Shown here one piece after another: positions 10,166-18,461 of a stretch of 64,000 nucleotides of DNA (its first letter is position 1; each line of letters begins with the position of its first letter). The notes below the pieces were generated by a model. It was given only the letters and a program-made list of their open reading frames with translations. It did not search any database and had not been told where the DNA came from. Both the position numbers and the translations under genes were made by a program. Source of the DNA: Candidatus Latescibacterota bacterium. Its GTDB lineage: Bacteria > Latescibacterota > UBA2968 > GCA-2709665. The stretch is taken from assembly GCA_965219455.1 (NCBI GenBank), contig OZ244744.1, forward strand, positions 5,728,001 through 5,792,000, given 5' to 3'.

Positions 10166-11442
10166 GCCTTGCGGCGCATCCCCTCGCCGAGCGGCTTTCC
10201 TGCCCGCTCATCGAACGCACGGGGCCTTTCGATCCCTACCATATCCGGCGGGATTTTCCGGTTCTAAGCCAATCCATTCGGGGCAAACCGCTGGTTTACC
10301 TCGACAACGCCGCGACAACCCAGAAGCCCAGGGATGTACTGGACGTCCTTGAAGTCTTTTACGAGGCGGCGAATGCCAACGTGCATCGGGGGGTTCATCA
10401 TCTCAGCCAGATCGCAACGGATTCCTACGAGGGCGCACGCAGCAAGATCCGTCAGTTTCTGAATGCCTCCCACGACCGTGAAATCATCTTCACCAGCGGC
10501 ACGACGGACAGCATCAATCTGGTTGCCCAGACGTTCGGGCGTACGAACGTAGAAACAGGCGACGAGATCCTCGTTTCCACCATGGAGCACCACTCGAATA
10601 TCGTGCCCTGGCAGATGCTCTGCGAGGAAAAAGGCGCAAAACTGCGCGTAATTCCCATTAATGACCGGGGGGAGTTGCTGATCGACGAGGTTGAACGACG
10701 ACTGAACGAGCGTACGAAACTCGTGGCCGTCGTTCACGTATCGAACGTCCTCGGTACCCTCAATCCGGTTGCCGAAATCGTGAAAATGGCACACGAACGC
10801 GGTATCCCCGTCCTGCTGGACGGCGCACAGGCGGTCCCGCATTTCAAAGTGGACGTTCAGGCGTTAGGGTGCGACTTCTACGCCTTTTCGGGGCACAAGC
10901 TGTACGGTCCGACAGGCATTGGAGTACTTTACGGGAAAAGTGAACTGCTGGATTCGATGCCGCCATACAGGGGTGGCGGCGGCATGATTCGCGAGGTTTC
11001 GCTCGAAAAAACCACCTATGCCGCTCCACCGGCCCGTTTCGAAGCCGGCACACCCCATATTGCCGGTTGTATCGGCCTGGGCGCCGCCGTCGACTATTTG
11101 GACCGGATCGACATGGAATCGGCAGCCGCATACGAGAATGACCTGCTCGCCTATGCCACAGACGCCCTTTCCGAGATATCGGGTCTGCGAATCATCGGAA
11201 CGGCGGAAGAAAAAGTCAGCGTCATTTCCTTTGTTATGGATGGAGTACACCCGCATGACGTCGGCACCGTCGTTGATCAGCATGGCGTGGCGGTCCGCGC
11301 CGGACACCACTGCGCCCAACCCGTCATGAGGCATTTCAACATTCCCGCGACGACACGAGCGGCCACCGCGTTTTACAATACGCGGGAAGACATCGACATG
11401 CTCGTACGAGCGTTGCTCGCGGCCAATGAGGTTTTCCATTAA
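10162..11442 (+). CDS. sufS: Cysteine desulfurase SufS
   Basis: YLDNAATTQKP, EHHSN, FSGHKLYGPTG (PLP lysine), RAGHHCA (group II). Confidence 0.97.
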   Translation: MSLAAHPLAERLSCPLIERTGPFDPYHIRRDFPVLSQSIRGKPLVYLDNAATTQKPRDVLDVLEVFYEAANANVHRGVHHLSQIATDSYEGARSKIRQFLNASHDREIIFTSGTTDSINLVAQTFGRTNVETGDEILVSTMEHHSNIVPWQMLCEEKGAKLRVIPINDRGELLIDEVERRLNERTKLVAVVHVSNVLGTLNPVAEIVKMAHERGIPVLLDGAQAVPHFKVDVQALGCDFYAFSGHKLYGPTGIGVLYGKSELLDSMPPYRGGGGMIREVSLEKTTYAAPPARFEAGTPHIAGCIGLGAAVDYLDRIDMESAAAYENDLLAYATDALSEISGLRIIGTAEEKVSVISFVMDGVHPHDVGTVVDQHGVAVRAGHHCAQPVMRHFNIPATTRAATAFYNTREDIDMLVRALLAANEVFH

Positions 11443-11894
11443 TGTCCGACCTCCGAGAACTCTATCAACAGGTCATCCTGGACCACAATCGGAGTCCGCG
11501 AAACTTCCGGTCCATGTCCAACGCGGATTGTACATCCCAGGGGCACAACCCGTTGTGCGGCGATCATCTGAACCTCTACGTCAAACTCGACGGCGCCAGG
11601 ATAACAGATATCGCTTTTCAAGGCGCCGGATGCGCCATTTCCAAGGCTTCGGCTTCTCTGATGACCGACGCGGTCAAGGGACGGACCCTTCATGAAGCCC
11701 AATCGCTCTTCGGTAAGTTTCGCGACATGGTGACAAGCGACGTCTCTACCCAACCCGTCACCGACGGCATAGGCAAACTGGCCGTCTTTGCAGGCGTGAG
11801 AGAGTTCCCTGTGCGCATCAAATGTGCAACACTGGCTTGGCATACGCTCGTGGCTGCACTTGAAAACCGCGAATTTCCGGTGACCACCGAGTAG
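11442..11894 (+). CDS. sufU: SUF system NifU-like sulfur acceptor SufU
   Basis: LYQQVILDH, NPLCGD, GCAISKASAS, RIKCATLAWH. Confidence 0.95.
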   Translation: MSDLRELYQQVILDHNRSPRNFRSMSNADCTSQGHNPLCGDHLNLYVKLDGARITDIAFQGAGCAISKASASLMTDAVKGRTLHEAQSLFGKFRDMVTSDVSTQPVTDGIGKLAVFAGVREFPVRIKCATLAWHTLVAALENREFPVTTE

Positions 11895-11917
11895 GCATCC
11901 ATCGGGAGGAATCCATC

Positions 11918-12427
11918 TTGCTAGAGCGACTGTTAAACCGCCTGTACAGAAACGAAGAAGAAGATGCGCCGCGAAAGGACGTACCGAACGCCAACACGAC
12001 AGACGAGGCGAATCCCGTCGACACGAGCGCGCTGGAAGCGCACACCGCCATACGCCAGAAGGAAAAGCAAGAAATGGCCGAAGCGGGCGAGACCGCGGCC
12101 GAGTCCGACGATCCGATAGACACCGAAGTCGTCAGGGAGAACATTATCGCGGCCCATCGCACGGTCTTCGACCCGGAAATTCCGGTCAACATTTACGACA
12201 TCGGCCTCATTTACGAAATCAAAGTCGAACCCACCGGGATGACTTACGTCCAGATGACCCTGACCTCCCCCGCCTGTCCTGCCGCGGGAATCTTGCCCGG
12301 ACAGATAGAAAGCGCTACCCGCTCGGTTTCCGGTGTCCGAGACGTCAACCTGGATCTGACCTTCGACCCGCCGTGGAACCCGGAAATGATGTCCGAAGCC
12401 GCAAGACTCGAACTCGGGCTGCTTTAG
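11918..12427 (+). CDS. sufT: SufT-like DUF59/MIP18 Fe-S assembly factor
   Basis: VFDPEIPVNIYDIGLIY, TLTSPACP, FDPPW..MMSEAARLELG. Confidence 0.88.
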   Translation: MLERLLNRLYRNEEEDAPRKDVPNANTTDEANPVDTSALEAHTAIRQKEKQEMAEAGETAAESDDPIDTEVVRENIIAAHRTVFDPEIPVNIYDIGLIYEIKVEPTGMTYVQMTLTSPACPAAGILPGQIESATRSVSGVRDVNLDLTFDPPWNPEMMSEAARLELGLL

Positions 12428-12568
12428 TCGGATTCCATTTACAAGCCGGCAAATTCCCCCGTCGCGTACGCGGAGTTCGAATACGCAGTCTCTGGGGATC
12501 TGTGGAGCCGCTAACCGAACCGGTACAATAAACCAGACGTCCAACCCATCCAGGAATGCGATAGCTCC

Positions 12569-13048
12569 ATGAAATTGAGCGCTGGGGAAGAATACGGGCT
12601 TCGGTGCCTGCTTCAGATTGGCCGGCGGCAGAAAGAAACCGGCGGCGGCCTTTCCATACCGGAGATCAGCCAGATGGAAGGCCTCTCCATCCCCAATGTC
12701 GCAAAACTGATGCGCCTTCTGCGCCTGGGGGGATTCGTGGCGAGCGTTCGAGGTCAGTCCGGAGGGTATAGACTCGCGCAATCGTCCGATCTGATTGTTG
12801 TTGGCGACGTACTGGAGGCGCTCGGGGGTCGTCTGTTCAGTCCGGAATTCTGCGAAGAGCACGCTGGCCAGGAAGCACTGTGTACGCACTCCGTGGACTG
12901 TTCTATTCGGTCGCTTTGGTCCTCAGTGCAGTCCGTGATCGATCAGCTGCTGAGCCGAGTTACACTGGATGACCTGCTGGGAGAAGAACAGGCCATGGAT
13001 GCCTGTCTTCAGAACGTCACGGACGAGCTGATACAGGTCTCCGGTTAG
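12569..13048 (+). CDS. Rrf2-family transcriptional regulator (three Cys, likely Fe-S binding)
   Basis: EYGLRCL, SVRGQSGGYRLA wing motif, FC-x9-C-x5-C. Confidence 0.92.
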   Translation: MKLSAGEEYGLRCLLQIGRRQKETGGGLSIPEISQMEGLSIPNVAKLMRLLRLGGFVASVRGQSGGYRLAQSSDLIVVGDVLEALGGRLFSPEFCEEHAGQEALCTHSVDCSIRSLWSSVQSVIDQLLSRVTLDDLLGEEQAMDACLQNVTDELIQVSG

Positions 13049-13153
13049 CAGCCCGTCTGTGGCGCGCAGCGAACCGGATGAGTCGGCGGTGGCTTGCCGC
13101 CGCCGATGCACAAACGCAGGCGACGAATCCAACCAAACTGTCAGAGGTGATCA

Positions 13154-13648
13154 ATGGGACTTGAGACGGGACTTGGCGACAACGTTATCACGACCACGCT
13201 GTCGAAAATGATTAACTGGGCGCGCAAGTCATCCCTCTGGCCAATGCCATTCGGCACGGCTTGCTGCGCCATCGAAATGATGGCCACGCTTTCCGGGCGC
13301 TTCGACATGGCTCGCTTCGGCGCGGAAGCTGTACGGTTCTCGCCACGTCAGTCCGATTTGCTCATTGTATCAGGCCGGATATCGATCAAGATGATGCCGG
13401 TACTCAAGAAGATATACGATCAGATGCCGGATCCAAAGTGGGTGATCTCGATGGGCGCCTGCGCATCGTCTGGGGGTGTTTTCAATACGTATACGCTGGT
13501 ACAGGGCGTCGATCAATTCCTGCCGGTCGATATCTACGTGCCCGGCTGTCCACCCCGACCCGAGGATCTGCTGTTTGCGCTGATGAAGATCCAGGAAAAA
13601 ATAGACCGGGAACATCCTGCAAAGCCAGCAGTGGCGCTTGAGTCCTGA
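13154..13648 (+). CDS. nuoB: Second, stand-alone NuoB-family Fe-S protein
   Basis: [49 protein letters not shown]. Confidence 0.93.
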   Translation: MGLETGLGDNVITTTLSKMINWARKSSLWPMPFGTACCAIEMMATLSGRFDMARFGAEAVRFSPRQSDLLIVSGRISIKMMPVLKKIYDQMPDPKWVISMGACASSGGVFNTYTLVQGVDQFLPVDIYVPGCPPRPEDLLFALMKIQEKIDREHPAKPAVALES

Positions 13649-13688
13649 CCGCCCTGGCAACGCACATCTCTCTAGGGGGAAGGTCGAT

Positions 13689-14273
13689 ATGAACATTACC
13701 GTAACCGAAGCCGCGCAGAAGGAGGTTGTCAACCTGATCCGGAATCAGGAGTCGGCCATCGTTGGCGTTCGTGTCAAGGCAGAGGCTGTATCGCCTCTGC
13801 AGGCCAACTACCGACTCGCTTTTGTCGCCAGTGGACAGGAAGACGAAGAAGACGACGTCACCCCGTTCGATGGGTTCAATGTCTACATAGACACGGAAAG
13901 CGCCCCGTATGCCCAGGACATCATCCTGGACTTTGTGGACGGCCTGATGGGTAGAGGTTTCAAGATAGAAAACCCCAACAAGGTACCCCCTCACCTGAAA
14001 GGCACCACTGCCGAGAAGATCCAGAACATCATCGACGAGAAGATCAACCCCAGCGTGGCCATGCACGGCGGACATATCTCACTGATCGACGTAAGAGACA
14101 ACAAGGCATACATCCAGTTCGGGGGCGGATGCCAGGGTTGCGGCATGGTGGACGTGACGCTCAAGCAGGGGGTCGAAGTCCTCATCAAGGAGGGCGTGCC
14201 CGAAGTCGAAGAAATCCTCGACGTGACCGAACACGCGGATGGCTCAAACCCCTACTACCAGCCCTCGAAATAA
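13689..14273 (+). CDS. nfuA: NfuA-like Fe-S carrier (A-type-like N domain + Nfu C domain)
   Basis: ITVTEAAQ...GFKIENPN N-domain; INPSVAMHGG, FGGGCQGCGMVDVTLKQGVE, DVTEH..G.NPYY. Confidence 0.9.
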   Translation: MNITVTEAAQKEVVNLIRNQESAIVGVRVKAEAVSPLQANYRLAFVASGQEDEEDDVTPFDGFNVYIDTESAPYAQDIILDFVDGLMGRGFKIENPNKVPPHLKGTTAEKIQNIIDEKINPSVAMHGGHISLIDVRDNKAYIQFGGGCQGCGMVDVTLKQGVEVLIKEGVPEVEEILDVTEHADGSNPYYQPSK

Positions 14274-14349
14274 CAAGAGTATACACCAATCGGCAGACTT
14301 CCGGGGGGTGCCCCCGTGTCTGCCGTATTGTTTTCAGGACAAACAACCG

Positions 14350-15777
14350 TTGCCTACCATCTCCCGATCGCGTCCGTTCAAAGTCGTGCTGGTGTCCACC
14401 TACGAATTGGGTCGTCAGCCGTTCGGTCTGGCCTCGCCGGCCGGATGGCTACGTAGAGCTGGTTTCGACGTTGTCCAAGCGGACGTTTCAATAGACGACT
14501 TTCCTGACAAAGCCGCTCGCGACGCCGATCTGGTGGCATTTTACGTGCCCATGCATACCGCGACGCGGCTTGCCGTACCGCTTGCCTTAAGAACCCGCGA
14601 ACAGAATGCCGACGCTCACCTGTGTTTCTATGGGCTTTACGCTTCCGTTAACGAATCCTTCCTGCGAAGCCTGGGCGCACAGACCATACTCGGCGGTGAA
14701 TTCGAAAACGGACTGCTTCAACTCTGCAACCGCCTCCGGGGGACTTCAGGCACTACGGGAAACCAGGACGAAACCGTCGTTTCCCTCGACAGACAGCGGT
14801 TTCTTCCGCCCGACAGGACAGGCCTTCCGGACCTGTCCCTTTACGCGCGACTATCCACGGGTGACGGGCATCTGAAAACCGTCGGCTATACAGAGGCCAG
14901 CCGAGGCTGCAAACACCTCTGTCGCCACTGCCCCGTCGTACCCGTGTACGGGGGCAGATTCCGGATCGTGCAACCGGAGATTGTGCTGGACGACATCGTG
15001 AAACAGGTTGCAGCGGGGGCCGGTCATATCACGTTTGGTGATCCGGACTTCTTCAACGGCATCGGCCACGCAATGCCACTTGTCGAAAAGCTCCACGCGG
15101 AATTTCCCGACGTGACCTACGACATCACCGTCAAGATCGAACATCTGCTGAGGTATAGTCGCTATCTGACCGTCCTCAGAGATACCGGGTGCGCACTTGT
15201 CACGACTGCCGTAGAGTCTCTCGACGACCGCGTCCTCACGCTGTTGGACAAGGGCCATACGGTCGCCGACTTTTTCGAGGTCGTACACCTCTTCCGAAGA
15301 CACGGACTCGTCATGAATCCGACGTTTATCCCGTTTACGCCCTGGATCACCGTGGCGGGGTATGCCGGCTTCCTGGACACCCTCGCCGACCTGAACCTGA
15401 TCGAGCATGTCTCCCCCGTTCAACTCACCATCCGGCTGCTCATCCCCAGGGGATCAAAGCTTCTGGACCTTGCCCAGGTTCGCGACTCGGTGGGTCCGTT
15501 CACACCCGAAGCCCTGTCTTACCCGTGGGCGCATCCGGACGTCCGTTTGGACCGTCTCCAACGCGAACTTACCCGGTTGGTCACCCGGTGTCAGAATCGG
15601 GACGCCACCCGACGAGAGATCTTCCACGGAATCCGGTCGTATGTCCACGGCCTGATAGGCCGCCCGGCCCCAGTGACAGATTCCGACGCGGACTCGACCC
15701 GCCAATCCCTTCCCCGCCTGACCGAGCCGTGGTATTGCTGAGCGGAGCCAACCGAAGAGCAGTTCGCTCTTGTCTAA
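14350..15777 (+). CDS. CUAEP/CCAEP-tail radical SAM selenoprotein (TGA 15739-15741 read as Sec)
   Basis: CKHLCRHC radical SAM motif and N-terminal B12-binding-like domain; past the TGA the frame reads GCG GAG CCA ACC GAA GAG CAG TTC GCT CTT GTC TAA = C-U-A-E-P-T-E-E-Q-F-A-L-V*; start uncertain (TTG 14350 after CAGGA). Confidence 0.88.
15742..15771 (+). promoter_or_regulatory. Bacterial SECIS-like hairpin
   Basis: AAGAGC (15755-60) / loop AGTTC / GCTCTT (15766-71); loop starts 19 nt after UGA with G at its second position. Confidence 0.7.
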
Positions 15778-15848
15778 TCGGAAGAACCTCGTAGAAAGAA
15801 TGACCTGGACACACCGGTCTCGGTCCCACCGGATTGCATGTGACTTTT

Positions 15849-17078
15849 TCATCCCTCAATCACAACTGCGATCCGGCCGTTTGCCTCGCGAAGGGCCGCT
15901 TCCGCCGCCTCGGGTGTCTTCTCGCGTACGAGGATGAACCCCAGATACCGGTCTCCCTCGGGCAGCGGTTGTACGGACTGACCCGGAGCAATGGTTATCA
16001 TGACGTCGATAATTCCAGGCACACGCCGTGCACGTGTGATCCCCCGAACGCACCGCAGAATCCCCGGCTTCGACACCGGCAGCATCAAAACGCCGGCCGC
16101 GGTGTTTTCCCTCCGTAAATCGCCAGGAGCGCGCCCCGTTGCCTGGCGTAGAATCAGTTCCTCCAACGACCTGCCGGTGCCAAAACGCAATACGCGCGAA
16201 CACAGCCCGCCGATGGACCGCGCTGCGATTTCAACCACGTAGATGCCCCGCGTGTTCAGCCGAAGCTCGGCATGTACGGGACCCACGGTCAATCCCAGGG
16301 CACGCGCGGCCTTCTGCGCGGTCTCACGGACCTGCGCCTGCAGGCATTCGGACAGCCGGGAGGGCGTTATGTACAGCGTCTCGGCAAAATACGGCCCACG
16401 CAGCGGATCCGGTTTGTCGAACAAGGCGAGGGTCTGCAACTCTCCCTCAACAAGCAATCCCTCCAGCGCCACCTCCCGGCCGGGAATGTAGTCCTCCACC
16501 AGAATACAATCTCCGCCTTCGGGCAGTTTGCGCGCAGATTCCGAAATCAACCCCAGAATCCGGTGGAAAGCAGTCACGAAATCCACTTTTTTATCTGCCC
16601 GAATCACACCGCGGCTGGCAGACAGAAACACGGGCTTCAGTACGCACGGATAGTCCACCATCGCGGCGGCGGCTTCCGGTTCTTCCGAAACTAAAAAAAG
16701 CCTGAACCCCGGCGAGGGCAGGCCTTTTCCAGCAAGCATCTGGCGCATTACGTGTTTGTACCGGGACGCCCGGACGGACTTGACCGAATTGTGCGGAAGT
16801 CCGAGTGCGCTGCAGGCCATCGCGGCGAGCACGACGGTCTCATCGTCCACTCCCACCACCGACCGGACGGGGTACGCCTTCGCAAACGCGACAATCTTCT
16901 CGACCGAGGCTGCCGGCTTTGCAAAATCCAACGCCAGCGTATTTCCCGGTGTCTGACTCGCCAGCGCCTGGCGGCGGTCGGACCCCACGACCACGGCCAC
17001 ATCGAGCGTCGCCGCTGCGGCCATAAAATCTTGAGTGCGATAGGACGTTGTCGGAATAAGTAGCAGAAGCCGGTTCAT
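15849..17078 (-). CDS. ATP-grasp domain ligase (L-amino acid ligase-like)
   Basis: YPCVLKP...SASRGVIR, LVEDYIPGREVALEG, PVHAELR, VEIAARSIGG, C-terminal RYLGFI domain. Confidence 0.88.
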   Translation of the reverse strand: MNRLLLLIPTTSYRTQDFMAAAATLDVAVVVGSDRRQALASQTPGNTLALDFAKPAASVEKIVAFAKAYPVRSVVGVDDETVVLAAMACSALGLPHNSVKSVRASRYKHVMRQMLAGKGLPSPGFRLFLVSEEPEAAAAMVDYPCVLKPVFLSASRGVIRADKKVDFVTAFHRILGLISESARKLPEGGDCILVEDYIPGREVALEGLLVEGELQTLALFDKPDPLRGPYFAETLYITPSRLSECLQAQVRETAQKAARALGLTVGPVHAELRLNTRGIYVVEIAARSIGGLCSRVLRFGTGRSLEELILRQATGRAPGDLRRENTAAGVLMLPVSKPGILRCVRGITRARRVPGIIDVMITIAPGQSVQPLPEGDRYLGFILVREKTPEAAEAALREANGRIAVVIEG

Positions 17079-17091
17079 GGCCGCCCCGGCC

Positions 17092-17154
17092 TAACAGCCC
17101 GTTAAAAAGTCCATCCGGCCTCGCCTGCAGAGCAACTTTATCAACGGACCGCTA
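17092..17154. mobile_element. Degenerate MITE-like element with imperfect terminal inverted repeats
   Basis: TAACAGCCCGTTAAAAAGT ... ACTTTATCAACGGACCGCTA; right end supplies the TAG stop of the GerW-family gene. Confidence 0.45.
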
Positions 17155-17553
17155 CGCGCTCACGTCGTCATCACCGGAATCTGTCTCGGCCTCTGCCTCG
17201 GCTTTCTTCCGGTCTCTCTTCTCCTTGAACGCTTTCACCCTTGCCAGAAGGTCCGGTGCCAAATCCAACAACCCTTTAATGGACCCTTCTTTCTCCTGTA
17301 CGGGAAGAATCTGGGCCTTTCCGTCTCGAATCACAACGAATGCCACGGGTTCCACGGATGCCCCGCCTCCCGTGCCGCTTCCGCTGCCGTCCGTCTTGTC
17401 CGCACCCCCGCCCGCGCCGAACCCGAACGAAATCCTGGAAACAGGCACCACGACAGTCTCGCCTATTTCGATCGGCTCTCCCACGACCGTCTCCGCCTTG
17501 ACAATTTGTCGGAATTCCGTCATCACAGTCCTGATGAGATCCTCAACAGACAT
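17152..17553 (-). CDS. GerW/YtfJ family protein
   Basis: TVVGEPI, VPVSRISFGFGAGGG, GGGASVEPVAFVV. Confidence 0.88.
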   Translation of the reverse strand: MSVEDLIRTVMTEFRQIVKAETVVGEPIEIGETVVVPVSRISFGFGAGGGADKTDGSGSGTGGGASVEPVAFVVIRDGKAQILPVQEKEGSIKGLLDLAPDLLARVKAFKEKRDRKKAEAEAETDSGDDDVSA

Positions 17554-17573
17554 AATGCCTCCTCAAAGCCCGC

Positions 17574-18272
17574 TCAACTCGTCGCGCCGACCCGCATTAC
17601 GCCCTCCTGCTGACGTTTCTTGCTGCGTCGTTCGGAAAACCATGCAAGCACTCCGCGCCATGCAATGTAAACAGACGCGCACAATAGCCGGTGTGGAAAA
17701 ATCCAGACTTCCACTTCGCCTTCACCGTCCAGGTGCTGCCGCCTGAAATCGGGTGTCGCGTCTACGCATCCTCTTGACCCCATTAAAGACGAGGCCGCCA
17801 TGAAGTATCCGAAAACCTGCCCGGTCGTGGCCGGATCGGATGCGCCGAAAGCGACCTTGCATGAAATGCGGCGCAAACGGAACCCGTTCAGAAGTTGCGA
17901 CGCAGACCGTCGCAGAGGCAACCACAGTCTTTTGAGATAGAGCCCAAACCGCTCCAACCGTTCGACCGTTGTCCGGAACCCGTCCGGAACATCCGGTTCC
18001 GTTTTAACTCGATCCTTAGCGTTTCGTTTCTTCTTTCGATCGTCTTCCTTCTTCAACGACGCTGCCCACACTGTCCACCAACCCAAAAGCGCACCCACAC
18101 GCCAGCCGCCGCCAGCATAGAAAAGCCGGATACCCGCCAAACCGATCCACGGCCTCAAACGAATTTCCAGCGCCGGTTCCCGCCCTCCGCCGAAGTGGCC
18201 GCGCGCCCACAGACGGGCCGGTGGCAAAACAATCAATACGACCGCAAAAAGCAGGAAAACGAGTATAGTCAT
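17574..18272 (-). CDS. DUF2953/YtfI-like membrane-anchored protein
   Basis: N-terminal TM segment, FGASDPATTG..G and PDF motifs; usual partner of YtfJ. Confidence 0.7.
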   Translation of the reverse strand: MTILVFLLFAVVLIVLPPARLWARGHFGGGREPALEIRLRPWIGLAGIRLFYAGGGWRVGALLGWWTVWAASLKKEDDRKKKRNAKDRVKTEPDVPDGFRTTVERLERFGLYLKRLWLPLRRSASQLLNGFRLRRISCKVAFGASDPATTGQVFGYFMAASSLMGSRGCVDATPDFRRQHLDGEGEVEVWIFPHRLLCASVYIAWRGVLAWFSERRSKKRQQEGVMRVGATS

Positions 18273-18461
18273 ATGACCAACTCCTTATAACTGTTTCACT
18301 TACGAACAATATGCACAATGCAATCCGAAAGTCAAGCAATTTATCTGTTGATCGAGGCGTCCCATGAGATATATTAAAAAGCGCGGTACCGGCAGGCACA
18401 CACGAAGCATACGGCTTTTTGTCCTCAACGGAAATGGCGTGTATTCAACAGGAGCGCTCCT

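Noticed and set aside
7911-13648. Selenocysteine read-through at other TGA stops (sufB, sufD, nuoB2)
   Set aside because: These proteins end at normal family lengths, with no Cys-equivalent position or convincing SECIS-like stem
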